A DNA stretch of 64,000 bases from an uncultured Chloroflexia bacterium (GCA_963797095.1 CAWCNY010000006.1:448001-512000); one strand, 5' to 3'; counted from the stretch's first letter, positions 10,272 to 19,897 are shown. The notes: generated from the sequence alone by a model not told the origin. Numbers and translations are program-made.

Positions 10272-10650
10272 AAACCGGGCGAATTCCCAGGCTCTTGATT
10301 AACTCTGGCAGCGTCGTCTTGCGTAGCATCGCCAGTTCTATCATGTACTAAACACGTTCCGCCTGTTGATTCTCCACATATTCGGTCAGGCGCAGCAACT
10401 CGTCATATTCGTCTGCTGTCAGGGTCTCTGCCCTACGCTTGCCAATCAGCTCATCGTAACGTGCTTGGGCCTCAAGCGGCAATTTCTGGTTGATCTTCTC
10501 CAGTAGGGCTATTTCGATTTCATCGGGCACAGGGCTGTTATACTTGGCGCGCAATGCCATGACCTGCTTGATAAACTCATCAAGCTCCGATAGCGGCAAC
10601 TGCTCGACAGCTTCCAGCAATCTTTCGGTTGTGATCTTAATCGTCACCAT
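10264..10650 (-). pseudogene. Small helical antitoxin-like protein coupled to the HNH gene, interrupted by an in-frame TAG
   Basis: The frame continues past TAG (10348-10350) as YMIELAMLRKTTLPELIKSLGIRPVYD to a TGA at 10264-10266 that overlaps the start of the HNH gene. Confidence 0.65.
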
Positions 10651-10712
10651 CTCATTTGTCCCCAATTCGAAACAAATTTGTGCTTCAATTATACTCCCAC
10701 GAAGCTGCCTTT

Positions 10713-10737
10713 AAGGCGAGTCGCGCTTCGCCCTACC
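10713..10737. repeat. REP-like hairpin related to the 7957 copy
   Basis: AAGGCGAGTCGCGCTTCGCCCTAC. Confidence 0.5.
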
Positions 10738-10776
10738 GGAATTGTTCCTAGATAAAGGAATGCACCCCGAACCACT

Positions 10777-11280
10777 CTAGTTTACGAAAGGCACCAACTC
10801 CCACTCAATAGCCTCGTACTCAATTACCCATCGTGCCTCTGAAGCAAACACGATTTCGTGCATCACCCCTCCACCCTCCGAAAGCCTCACCTCATCCACC
10901 AGCCAATCCCCATGCGCGCCAACAAAATGAACGCCCTTAACATGTCGGAGCGAATAACTCCGCACACTCTTATAAGTCAATTCCAGGCATCCATCGTGGT
11001 ATGCCCCCAGAAGCCGCACAGAAATCTCCAGCCCACGCACCTGCTGCCGATCTCCCGATGCCGGCTCTTCAATCCGCAACGTCTCCACCCATGCGTCATG
11101 TGGACTCCTGTGATCCTGAGGATCGTAATGCCATTCGGCAGTAGCAAAGCTATAAGCAGAAGGTGGGATCTTCCCTTCCAGCGAAGCTAAATACTCCCTA
11201 TAACGCTCCCACTGTTCGCGCCAGGCATCCCAATCGGGATTGCCATGCGCGCCAACAGGATCATCAATGATGAATGACAC
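10777..11280 (-). CDS. Hypothetical protein
   Basis: 167 aa ORF with a GAGGAG RBS, co-oriented in the cassette; globular-looking sequence (SPHDAW, LLGAYHDG). Confidence 0.7.
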   Translation of the reverse strand: MSFIIDDPVGAHGNPDWDAWREQWERYREYLASLEGKIPPSAYSFATAEWHYDPQDHRSPHDAWVETLRIEEPASGDRQQVRGLEISVRLLGAYHDGCLELTYKSVRSYSLRHVKGVHFVGAHGDWLVDEVRLSEGGGVMHEIVFASEARWVIEYEAIEWELVPFVN

Positions 11281-11289
11281 TCTTCTCCT

Positions 11290-11679
11290 CTAATCAACCC
11301 AGGAATACTGGATAGGCTGCTCCGCATGCAATTGCCAAATCGTCAGCCCCTGATGTGCAGCGCGCATCACACTTCCCACCCGCTTCGCCTGCGTATTGAA
11401 CTGCGGGTGGCGAAGGACACGCCGGATGAATCGGGCGGCCTCGTTAGGGCTAACGGTAAGGTAGACAAGATAATACCCGCCATGGCAGAGGCCTGGCTTA
11501 TAGAAATCCACGTCAAAAGTGAAAAATGTCGGTCGGCGCAATGTGTGCAACAGTGGAATAATATCCGAATCCTGCATTCCCGACCGCCCAATATCGAAGC
11601 CAATGTGATGAACAGCAACTCGGTGTCTTAGGAGTATCAGACGTTGGTCACTCGGCACATTCTCGTCAAGGACATTCAT
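11290..11679 (-). CDS. PIN-like (DUF5615/Mut7-C-like) putative toxin
   Basis: N-terminal NVLDENV, D-x-DI and TFFTFDVDF acidic motifs; directly downstream of DUF433. Confidence 0.72.
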   Translation of the reverse strand: MNVLDENVPSDQRLILLRHRVAVHHIGFDIGRSGMQDSDIIPLLHTLRRPTFFTFDVDFYKPGLCHGGYYLVYLTVSPNEAARFIRRVLRHPQFNTQAKRVGSVMRAAHQGLTIWQLHAEQPIQYSWVD

Positions 11680-11681
11680 GC

Positions 11682-11945
11682 TCAGGTAGATTGTTGGCTT
11701 AAGTCAGGCAACCGCTCAACCAAAGTCGTATCGGCTAGCATTTGGCTTGCAAGGTTCACGGCTTCTGCGATAGCCTCCTTGCTTACCCTCCCATCCCATG
11801 CTTCACTAATGCGATCCCAGTCCATACCCTCAGCAACCATTTCCAGCACCTGGAACACCATTATCCGTGTGCCAACAAAGGTAAGCTTTCCATGACATAT
11901 TTTAGGATCGGCTACTATATACTGCCCGAACATTCGTCTTTCCAT
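11682..11945 (-). CDS. DUF433 family putative antitoxin
   Basis: IVADPKICHGKLTFVGTRIMVFQVLEMVAEG signature. Confidence 0.88.
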   Translation of the reverse strand: MERRMFGQYIVADPKICHGKLTFVGTRIMVFQVLEMVAEGMDWDRISEAWDGRVSKEAIAEAVNLASQMLADTTLVERLPDLSQQST

Positions 11946-11967
11946 AGCGCCACCTCCATCCAGCCAA

Positions 11968-12792
11968 TTATACCTCCGCTTCCTCCCACACCTCGAAGCA
12001 AGGGATCCGCCCCCGCACCTCGTCCACCATCTCCATCTTCAAATCCGCCACCAGCACAACCTCCTCTTCCTCCGCCTCAGCCAGCACATTCCCCCACGGG
12101 TCAATAACCATAGAATGCCCGCCCCAGTGCGCATCATCCCCCTCCCCGCAGCGATTAGCAGCCACCACAAACAACTGGTTCTCGATCGCCCGCGCCTTTA
12201 ACAACGTGCGCCAATGCTCCAACCTCGGATAAGGCCACTCCGCCGGCACCCACAGCACCCGCGCCCCCATATACGCCAGTTGCCGCGCGCTCTCCGGAAA
12301 CCGTATATCGAAGCAAATCAGCGAAGCCCATTTTCCCCGCTCCGTCCCAACCGTCCCTCCAGGCTTCCCAGCCCGCAAATACTCCGGCTCCCGCAACAAA
12401 GGAAACAAATGCTCCTTACTATACGAAGACAGCACGCTCCCATCAGCCCCAATAGTGTAGCAAGTGCTGTAAACCCCATCCTCCCTCTTCTCCGGGAACG
12501 ACCCCCCAACAATCGCCATCCCAAGCCGCCGCGCCGCGTCCCGCAAAAACCGCAAAGTCAAATCATGGCACTCCACAGCCAATTCCTCAACCCGGTCCAG
12601 AGCATACCCAGTAGTCCACAACTCCGGCAGCAAAGTCACTTCCGCCCCCGCCTTCGCCGCCTCATTCAGCATAGCCTCCGCTCGCACGATATTCTTGCGC
12701 GGCTCCCCCGACACCACCTGCATCTGGATAGCAGCCACTCTAATCTCGGATTTCGGATTTCGGATTTCGGATTTATCCGTCTGAGTACCCAT
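11968..12792 (-). CDS. Carbon-nitrogen hydrolase (nitrilase superfamily, MtnU/YafV-like omega-amidase)
   Basis: LPELWTTGY, YSKEHLF, ICFDIRFPE catalytic triad, ARAIENQ. Confidence 0.9.
   Translation of the reverse strand: MGTQTDKSEIRNPKSEIRVAAIQMQVVSGEPRKNIVRAEAMLNEAAKAGAEVTLLPELWTTGYALDRVEELAVECHDLTLRFLRDAARRLGMAIVGGSFPEKREDGVYSTCYTIGADGSVLSSYSKEHLFPLLREPEYLRAGKPGGTVGTERGKWASLICFDIRFPESARQLAYMGARVLWVPAEWPYPRLEHWRTLLKARAIENQLFVVAANRCGEGDDAHWGGHSMVIDPWGNVLAEAEEEEVVLVADLKMEMVDEVRGRIPCFEVWEEAEV
12743..12774. repeat. Heptamer tandem repeat (ATTTCGG)n inside the hydrolase 5' end
   Basis: About 4.5 copies, encoding SEIRNPKSEIR. Confidence 0.9.
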
Positions 12793-12848
12793 GTGTCTAT
12801 ACTCCTCCTTATGGTAGAGTGATTATAGCAAATTGCGCACAACCCCAA

Positions 12849-12893
12849 ACTCCGCACTCCGCACTCCGCACTCCACATTCCGCACTCCGCACT
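12849..12893. repeat. Heptamer tandem repeat (ACTCCGC)n
   Basis: About 6 copies, two with single substitutions. Confidence 0.9.
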
Positions 12894-12915
12894 AAAGAAC
12901 CATACCAATGGCTAC

Positions 12916-12944
12916 TTGCAAACACAGAACAAATGTGCTAAGGT
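12916..12944 (+). promoter_or_regulatory. Putative sigma-70 promoter overlapping a LexA-box-like site
   Basis: TTGCAA-17 nt-TAAGGT with GAAC-AAAT-GTGC (one mismatch to GAAC-N4-GTTC) in the spacer. Confidence 0.45.
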
Positions 12945-13673
12945 CCAATACAAGAAGTACTTTCAACCTCCCTGCCGCGCAGCATGGAGGACATAGAGAC
13001 AAGACTGGTGTCCCTGTGTTACTTGCGTTTTGCACCTTACCAGAGGCACAAACCAAGAGAATGGTCAGCCAGAAGTCGATGGCTCTCTCAACACCATCCC
13101 ACCGCTCCGGTCTCCCACCTCCGGCCCCTAACGGGACCAACACGGAGCAGTAATCCAGTGTGCATTCGTGTCACACCCTCTAAAGGCAAGAGGAACCCTG
13201 CGCCACAAGTACCAGTTGCGCCACAGGGACACCATCCCAAAAGCCAACCATCCACCGCTCTACTAACGATGACCCACAAGCAAACGTACCAGGAAACGCC
13301 CTGCCATCCTGAGCGAAGGATCTCGCTCTAAAAGATCGCACTTTGGCAACCAACCCACAGAGTGCCCACACCAAGCAAGGTCCCCCCACAACGCAAAAGT
13401 CAAGATGAGTTTCCAGCAAGGCCATCCTTAGCGAAGCACAATAACCAACAACCAGACAGAAAAGGAGGAAGGTGCATAAGGGCCCAAAACCCCCATGCAC
13501 CCCACTCCCCATACCCAAAACTTCGAACCCGAAACCCCCAAAAACCTTCGTGCCCTTCGCCAACTCTTCGCCTCTTCGTGTACAAAGACCCAACTACCCA
13601 CTCGCCACTCGCCACTCGCTACATCTTAAGACCTATTTTCCTCCATCTCTAATCTGAGATTAATCTTGAACTA

Positions 13674-13702
13674 TTGACATCACTTGTGAAATCTGGTACA
13701 AA
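13674..13702 (+). promoter_or_regulatory. Putative sigma-70 promoter of the sigma factor gene
   Basis: TTGACA-17 nt-TACAAA; palindromes AATCTGAGATT upstream and TCACTTGTGA in the spacer. Confidence 0.6.
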
Positions 13703-14095
13703 TATGAGTCAGGGACGAAAAGGTCAATACAACAAAGAAGGGTGTGGACAACAGAAAAACTTGGGTGCGCGGCCTATCAACATAGCGGTTGGTGCCGTGT
13801 ACATTGTCTTGGGTGGGCACATATATTGCTCCGACCTTTTCCACTCTTGTGTTTGGGAATATAGCCGCCGATGACGCCCCGGCTGAAACTTAAGGCACCG
13901 GGATCGCGTTAATAATAAGTAGGAAGTAATTCAACCTCCTACTGAATCGGCACAAAAATCGACGCTCAAATATCCCCACAACACAAAAGACCCCTGAACT
14001 GTGGAAATTGGGACCTGACCACCGGCCATTCCGGGAACGGAGGTCTCACACCTGGAGGTACATATAGAAGATATGCCTGGAGGTAAGGGGGAATA

Positions 14096-15271
14096 TTGGA
14101 GATGCTGTTAGAAACAGTTCGCCCGGCACGAGAAGACAACATGGGCTGGGCAGCAGGAAATATGGGGGCTGTGGAGGTCCTCGATTTAGAACTGGATATT
14201 CGCGAATTCGACGGCGATGAACCTGAGATGGCGGAACTGGTTTTAGCTGGAGAGGAGAGCGATATAATGAATCTGGATGCAAACCAGACAACCGTTATCG
14301 GCGGACTGGAAGATGAAGACATCCTGCACTATGAAGGTGCGACCGGATTCGACCACAAGAGCGCGGAAGACAGCGTAGGCATGTATCTGCGCGAGATTGG
14401 CCGTGTTTCTTTGCTTTCGGCTACCGAAGAGATAGCCCTCGCTATCTCAATGCAAAAGGGCAAGCGCGCCTCCGAGCGCATATCCGAAGAGCGCGAAACC
14501 CTCACCAAAGAAGAGATCAGCAAGCTACGCGCCGATGAGGCTCGTGGCCGCGCCAGCCGTCGCCGCCTCATCGAGGCCAACCTCAGGCTGGTAGTCAGCG
14601 TGGCCCGCAAGTACGCAGGCCGCGGTATCTCCCTGCTCGATCTCATTCAAGAAGGTAACTTTGGACTCCTGCGCGCCGTAGACCGCTTTGACTATCGCAA
14701 GGGTCACCGTTTCTCGACCTATGCCACCTGGTGGATACGCCAGGCCATCACCCGCGCTATCGCCGACCAGAGCCGCACCATTCGCCTTCCCGTTCACATG
14801 GTAGAGGCCGTTGGCCGCCTCACCCAGGTCTCGCACCGGCTCCAGCAGAAGCTGGGCCGTGAGCCTCTGGCCGACGAAATCGCCGAGGAAATGAACATCA
14901 CACCCGACAAGGTGCGCCAGATCGTTGGCGCGTCCCAGCAGACCGTCAGCCTCGAAATGCCCATCGGTGAGGAGGAAGACGCCTCCCTCGGCGACATCAT
15001 CGAGGACCGCAACACCATCGCTCCCGCCGATGCCGCCAGCCAGCAGATCCTCAAAGAGGAAGTGCTCGACATGCTTGGTGGCCTCACCGCCCGCGAGCGC
15101 CGCGTAATCGAGCTGCGCTACGGCCTGGAAGACGGCTACAACCGCACCCTCGCCGAGCTAGGCGATGAGTTGGGCGTCTCCCGCGAGCGCGTCCGTCAGA
15201 TAGAAGCCGAAGCCCTAACCAAGCTCCGCGCCTCCAAAGAGACCGGCCGCCTCAAAGAGTACCTGGACTAA
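14096..15271 (+). CDS. RNA polymerase sigma-70 factor (RpoD-like, probably group 2)
   Basis: [11 protein letters not shown] (1.2), [12 protein letters not shown]...DLIQEGN...[13 protein letters not shown] (2), [20 protein letters not shown] (4); no obvious region 1.1. Confidence 0.93.
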   Translation: MEMLLETVRPAREDNMGWAAGNMGAVEVLDLELDIREFDGDEPEMAELVLAGEESDIMNLDANQTTVIGGLEDEDILHYEGATGFDHKSAEDSVGMYLREIGRVSLLSATEEIALAISMQKGKRASERISEERETLTKEEISKLRADEARGRASRRRLIEANLRLVVSVARKYAGRGISLLDLIQEGNFGLLRAVDRFDYRKGHRFSTYATWWIRQAITRAIADQSRTIRLPVHMVEAVGRLTQVSHRLQQKLGREPLADEIAEEMNITPDKVRQIVGASQQTVSLEMPIGEEEDASLGDIIEDRNTIAPADAASQQILKEEVLDMLGGLTARERRVIELRYGLEDGYNRTLAELGDELGVSRERVRQIEAEALTKLRASKETGRLKEYLD

Positions 15272-15284
15272 ATCCACCAATATC

Positions 15285-15324
15285 AACAGCAAGAATGGCG
15301 GCCTTGGCCGCCATTCTTGCTGTT
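15285..15324. terminator. Palindrome, GGCGG-core family; probable bidirectional terminator
   Basis: AACAGCAAGAATGGCGGCC-TT-GGCCGCCATTCTTGCTGTT between convergent genes. Confidence 0.75.
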
Positions 15325-15329
15325 CCTCT

Positions 15330-16808
15330 TTACCCTCTAAGCTGAGCCGCATGCCAAGCCATCCACCCCGTCCCTGCAAAGAGCCAGCCCAGCAAAGTCA
15401 ACCCGTGCAAAAGCACCAGCACAGCGACAAACAACCACAAGCGCAGCCGGAGGTTTGGCGGTGCAGCCACTATCGCTATAGACAGAAAGCCCCCGATTGG
15501 CAACAATGCCATATACAGGTAGCGCCCTGTAGGCTGGTACTGGATGGTGAAGTTGAAACTGATCCACAGCACCAGGTTGGCCGCCACGCAGCTTGCAAGC
15601 ACAGCCAACCCCATCTTCTGTCCAACACTTAGCCCTGCAAAGTGCCTGCGCAGCCATCGCGCCGAGACATAGGCACACACCAACAACAAGGGTAGCAATG
15701 TCACGTAATACAGACTTACACCTATGCTCTCGTCACCCCACCCAAAGGTTGCCAGGAAGCTAAAGGGAGTAAGGAGCGCCAAAGACATCAGGTAGCGCGG
15801 CACTTCCCCCCACCCGTTAGCGATGATAGTAGGCCCCCAGCACTGCGCCCCATAGCGCACAGTGTTAGCGGTCCCGAACAGATCGCCATACTCTCCCAGA
15901 TTGCTCACCATCATCCAACCCGCTATCCCCAAGGCTGCCGCACCGTACAACACACCCGGCAAGACGAGCCTTCGCCATATGCTGCCCGCCCTCAGTCGGC
16001 TTATCAAGGTAAGGCTCTGTCCCTCATCGCCATCCTCGTCTGGCAACCGAAGCGCAGCCAGCAGCTGTGCGAACAACCCCACCGGTACCAAAACAGCCCC
16101 ACTCGCCTTAGTAAGCAATGCCCCACCTGCCAGAGCGCCAAGTAACAAACCTCCCGGCACGAGCATTGTGATCGGGGTGCGTATCGTGCGCAGACAAACC
16201 AGCAGAGTAGCCGCAGCGAAGAGGTTCAGCATGCCGTCGTTGTTGAGCACTCCCCCGAAGAAGCCAAACGTCGGCACAGATGACACCAACAGGGCCACAG
16301 CCAACGACAAGAGCGGTCTCGCCGTCAACTCTCGAACAGCAAGCGCGAAGAACAGGACCGTAATAGCCACCAGCACCGCCGATATGGAACGCCCCGCATA
16401 GAGGGTGCCTTCCACATCGTCAGTTGCCAATGGCGCGGCGGCAAGCGCCACAGTCAGATAGTAGAGCGGTGGCTGGTATGACTCGTAGGGCCGAGCGGTA
16501 AAAGGCGCAAGGCGCGTATAGCCGCTAGCCTCCAAATACGCAAGCGTAGTGGGCTCCGGCGGTGTGCTGTCTTCCCCGGCTGAGCAATCGGGTGCGAACT
16601 TGAAGACCGGGATTGCGGCGTTGTTGCGCACCTGCATTATATACATCAAGTGCGCGCTCTCGTCGCCCACGTTCAGAGGCGGGTTGACAAAGGCCCACAC
16701 CAGGCTCTTTGCCAGTGTAAAGAGCACCAGCGCAAGCAACCCAATACGCCACCAACGACGCTCTGTACTTTGCTCAAGACGAGTTTGCGGAGCAACCTCT
16801 ACTCCCAT
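15330..16808 (-). CDS. Polytopic membrane glycosyltransferase-like protein (GT-C/PMT, DUF2142-like)
   Basis: PPLNVGDESAHL, YESYQPPLYY, LNNDG, LLTK, GRYLY motifs; many TM segments. Confidence 0.75.
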   Translation of the reverse strand: MGVEVAPQTRLEQSTERRWWRIGLLALVLFTLAKSLVWAFVNPPLNVGDESAHLMYIMQVRNNAAIPVFKFAPDCSAGEDSTPPEPTTLAYLEASGYTRLAPFTARPYESYQPPLYYLTVALAAAPLATDDVEGTLYAGRSISAVLVAITVLFFALAVRELTARPLLSLAVALLVSSVPTFGFFGGVLNNDGMLNLFAAATLLVCLRTIRTPITMLVPGGLLLGALAGGALLTKASGAVLVPVGLFAQLLAALRLPDEDGDEGQSLTLISRLRAGSIWRRLVLPGVLYGAAALGIAGWMMVSNLGEYGDLFGTANTVRYGAQCWGPTIIANGWGEVPRYLMSLALLTPFSFLATFGWGDESIGVSLYYVTLLPLLLVCAYVSARWLRRHFAGLSVGQKMGLAVLASCVAANLVLWISFNFTIQYQPTGRYLYMALLPIGGFLSIAIVAAPPNLRLRLWLFVAVLVLLHGLTLLGWLFAGTGWMAWHAAQLRG

Positions 16809-16870
16809 GGCTACGAGTATAGCACCTCTTCGCCTATATGTGCCCTCGAGCCAGCAGCATTGTGGTGCTG

Positions 16871-19800
16871 CTACTGTTTTGTACTTAAGGTGAGAGCATA
16901 AGCCACCGCGTCGTCAAGCGTCATCATACGTCCCGCATCCCACGCCGCTACCCAGCTATCCTCGTCAAATAGCGCCTTTGCGAGACTCATAGCATCGTCG
17001 TGCTTTGGGCGGTCAATAGGAGGCATAGGGGCGGCAATTGCTTCGCGTAGTGCGTGGGCGGCCCCATAAAGATGAGCGGCGCGAGCAGGTTGCATTTGCG
17101 CGGCGGTCGTTGCTGCCAGACCTTCGAGTGGGGCTGCCATGCCTTCTTTATCGCCCATTTCATGCCTCAACTTCAGACTTTGAGCGTAATAATCCGCTGC
17201 ACGTTCTAGCTCCCCGTCTGTAAAAGCTACTCTCCCGAGAATAACGAGGGTGTGCGCTATCCCACCTTTGTCCTTTAGAGACTGGCGGAGGGCTAAACTC
17301 TCCTCAAGCAGGAGAGATGCCCGTCGAATATCACCCTGCTCGAGAATAGCTAGCCCCAGGTTCGTGAGTGATGCCCCTATGGTCAAACTATCACCTATCT
17401 CGCGCGAAAGTGCCAGGCTTTCCTGAGCTAGAGCAATGGCATGGGCAGTATTGCCGGTGCACAACGTAGCAATGCTCAAGCTGTTCAATGACAGCGACAT
17501 GCCGCGTGTATGGCCTAATTCACTGAAAATGAGGCGCGACTCCTCTAACATGGTAATCGATCGTTCGTAGTCGCCCAGGTAAGTAGCGCCGATGCCGAGC
17601 GCGGTCAGTGAGTTGGCGATCTGCACCTTGTTGCCCAGGTTGCGTGCCACACCCAACGATTGTGCGATAAATTGGTTGGCGCGAGTGTAATCCGCCTGGT
17701 GTATCGCCAGCACACCTGCCGCGAAAAGGGCTTTGGTGCGCACGGCCCGGTAGGAGTCAGATATGCCTTGCTTCTGATTAGGGACGCGAGCGAGAGCTTC
17801 TTCCAGCCAGTGGCGGCCCTCTGTCAGGAAGGCATGAGCGAGCCAGTAGCGCCACAGCGCACCACTCAACTGGAGCGCCAGATCCAGGTCATTCTCAAGC
17901 GCCCATACCAGCGCAGTCCGAAAGTTGTACTGCTCCTCATCAAACCGTTCGAGCCAGTAACGCTGCTGCTCGGTAAACCACACTTCTTCACCTGCCGTAG
18001 CGATCGAGAGGAAGTAGCGGGCGTGCCGCGCCTGGATCTCCTGCAGATCGCCGCTTTCGGCCAGTCGTTCGGAGGCGTATTCGCGGATCATTTCAAGCAT
18101 GGTAAAGCGCGGCTCACCCGCTGTATCGAGCCGCTGGATCAGGCTCTTGTCAAGAAGCATGGCGAGGTCATCCAGTGTGTTTGGGCTCTCGCAAACTATA
18201 GCAGCAGCATCTTCGGTCCACCCTCCCGCGAATACAGCGAGGCGGGCGAATAGCGTTTGCTCCTGGGGTGTGAGGAGGTCGTAGCTCCAGCCAATCGCAT
18301 CGTAGAGGGTCTGCTGCCGAGTGGGCAGATCGCGAGCGCCTCCCACCAGCAGGCGCAGTCGCCTGTCAAGCCGGGAGAGCATAGCCTGTGGAGTAAGGAG
18401 GCGTATACGAGCTGCGGCAAGCTCTATGGCAAGTGGTATGCCCTCCAAGCGCGTGCATATCTGGGCAACAGCTATGGCGTTGTTGGGGGCAAACTCAAAC
18501 CCAGGCTGGATTGCCTTCGCCCTGGCGGTGAAGAGGGCGATAGAGGCACAGCCGGTGAGATATTCCACAGCGGGCTCGCGCGACACATCAGGCACAGCCA
18601 GGGGCGATACCGGGAAGTCATGCTCGATGGTGAGGCGGAGCAGTTCGCGGCTGGTCACCAGGATCTTGAGACCCGGTGCACTCGACAGAAGCTGAGCAAG
18701 GAGAGGTCCAGCGGTGACGACCTGTTCGAAGTTGTCGAGCACCAGAAGCAAACGTTTGTCGTGCAGATAGGCTTTGAGCGTGTCGAGGTGCGAGCGGTCG
18801 CCTGCCTGCTTGAGATCGAGAGCTTGCATGACAGCGGCCAATACCAGACCTGAATCGCGGACAGGCGCCAGCGGCACAAAGAAAACACCGTTGGGGAAAC
18901 GCACTATGCCTGAGATGTGAAGCGGTTCTCGGGGCCAGGCCAGGGCTGAGGCAACTTCAAGCGCCAGCTTTGTCTTGCCGATACCGGCGGGACCTGTGAA
19001 CGTGACTAGCCTCACGTCGGATTTCTCTATAAGGTGAAGTACTTCTTCCAATTCGCGCTCGCGTCCGATGATAGGGGAGAGCGATTCGGGGAGGTTTGTG
19101 CGTCTGGTGGCTTGTTCGGTGAGCAGCGGTTCTGCCTGCTCGAGCTGCGGAGCTGCGATCTCCCCCTTGAGAATGCGATTATACAGGCCGATAGTTTCCG
19201 GTTCGGGCTCGACGCCCAGTTCTGTGCGGATGAGCCTGGCACATTTCTCGTACTGGCGGAGGGCATTGGTGCGCCTTCCGGCGAGAGAATAGGCCAGCAT
19301 CAATTCGCGATGGGCTTTTTCGTCGATGGGGTCGTGGGCTATCAAGCGCTGAAGAGTTGCGATGCCCTTTTCATAATCTGCTTTGTTTGTGTAGACCGAG
19401 GCTGTCCGGTAGAAGGCTTCGGAGGCGGCGCGGCGGAGTGCCTCGCGCCGTGATATGGCCCACTCTTCATAGGCATCTTCAGGTAGGAGGTCGCCCCTAT
19501 ACAGGTCGAGGGCTTCTTCCAGTAGAGGAACAGGATCGGAAGCCTGCCGGGCCTGATTCAAAAGGTGGTCAAAGGCGTCTATGTCTAGCCAGGCATCTAC
19601 CAGCTTGAGAACCTCGGCATTGAGCGTGATGTAATGGGAGTCGGCGGGCCGTTGAAGGTCGGGTTCGATGATCTGGCGGAGGAAGGATAGATTGCGGTAG
19701 AGGTTGTCGCGGGCCGAGGTGAGATCGAGGTTGGGCCAGAGCAGGTCCATAGCCTGCTCTTTGTGAAGCTGGTGGTTGGGGTAAAGGGCTAGTATCTTAA

Positions 19801-19897
19801 GGAGCGCCTTCGTTTTGCGGCGCGTCCATGCAGTGGCAGGTATGGGGGTACCATCGCGCTCAAGGCGGAATTCACCCAGAAGATAGATGGCAAGCAT
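16871..19897 (-). CDS. AfsR/SARP family regulator (wHTH-BTAD-NB-ARC-TPR)
   Basis: LLGEFRL N-terminus, LYRGDLL BTAD, GPAGIGKT Walker A, LLVLDNFE, LEGIPLAIELAA, TPRs; ATG at 19897 after GGAGG. Confidence 0.9.
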   Translation of the reverse strand: MLAIYLLGEFRLERDGTPIPATAWTRRKTKALLKILALYPNHQLHKEQAMDLLWPNLDLTSARDNLYRNLSFLRQIIEPDLQRPADSHYITLNAEVLKLVDAWLDIDAFDHLLNQARQASDPVPLLEEALDLYRGDLLPEDAYEEWAISRREALRRAASEAFYRTASVYTNKADYEKGIATLQRLIAHDPIDEKAHRELMLAYSLAGRRTNALRQYEKCARLIRTELGVEPEPETIGLYNRILKGEIAAPQLEQAEPLLTEQATRRTNLPESLSPIIGRERELEEVLHLIEKSDVRLVTFTGPAGIGKTKLALEVASALAWPREPLHISGIVRFPNGVFFVPLAPVRDSGLVLAAVMQALDLKQAGDRSHLDTLKAYLHDKRLLLVLDNFEQVVTAGPLLAQLLSSAPGLKILVTSRELLRLTIEHDFPVSPLAVPDVSREPAVEYLTGCASIALFTARAKAIQPGFEFAPNNAIAVAQICTRLEGIPLAIELAAARIRLLTPQAMLSRLDRRLRLLVGGARDLPTRQQTLYDAIGWSYDLLTPQEQTLFARLAVFAGGWTEDAAAIVCESPNTLDDLAMLLDKSLIQRLDTAGEPRFTMLEMIREYASERLAESGDLQEIQARHARYFLSIATAGEEVWFTEQQRYWLERFDEEQYNFRTALVWALENDLDLALQLSGALWRYWLAHAFLTEGRHWLEEALARVPNQKQGISDSYRAVRTKALFAAGVLAIHQADYTRANQFIAQSLGVARNLGNKVQIANSLTALGIGATYLGDYERSITMLEESRLIFSELGHTRGMSLSLNSLSIATLCTGNTAHAIALAQESLALSREIGDSLTIGASLTNLGLAILEQGDIRRASLLLEESLALRQSLKDKGGIAHTLVILGRVAFTDGELERAADYYAQSLKLRHEMGDKEGMAAPLEGLAATTAAQMQPARAAHLYGAAHALREAIAAPMPPIDRPKHDDAMSLAKALFDEDSWVAAWDAGRMMTLDDAVAYALTLSTKQ

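Noticed and set aside
10348-10350. Pyrrolysine or genetic-code reassignment at the in-frame TAG
   Set aside because: TAG terminates many intact genes in the window, and no pyl genes are present.
13620-14010. Replication origin suggested by the skew change and DnaA-box-like 9-mers (TGTGGACAA, TTTTCCACT, TGTGGAAAT)
   Set aside because: All boxes are mismatched and sparse, with no dnaA/dnaN or clear DUE; cannot be supported without genome-wide skew.
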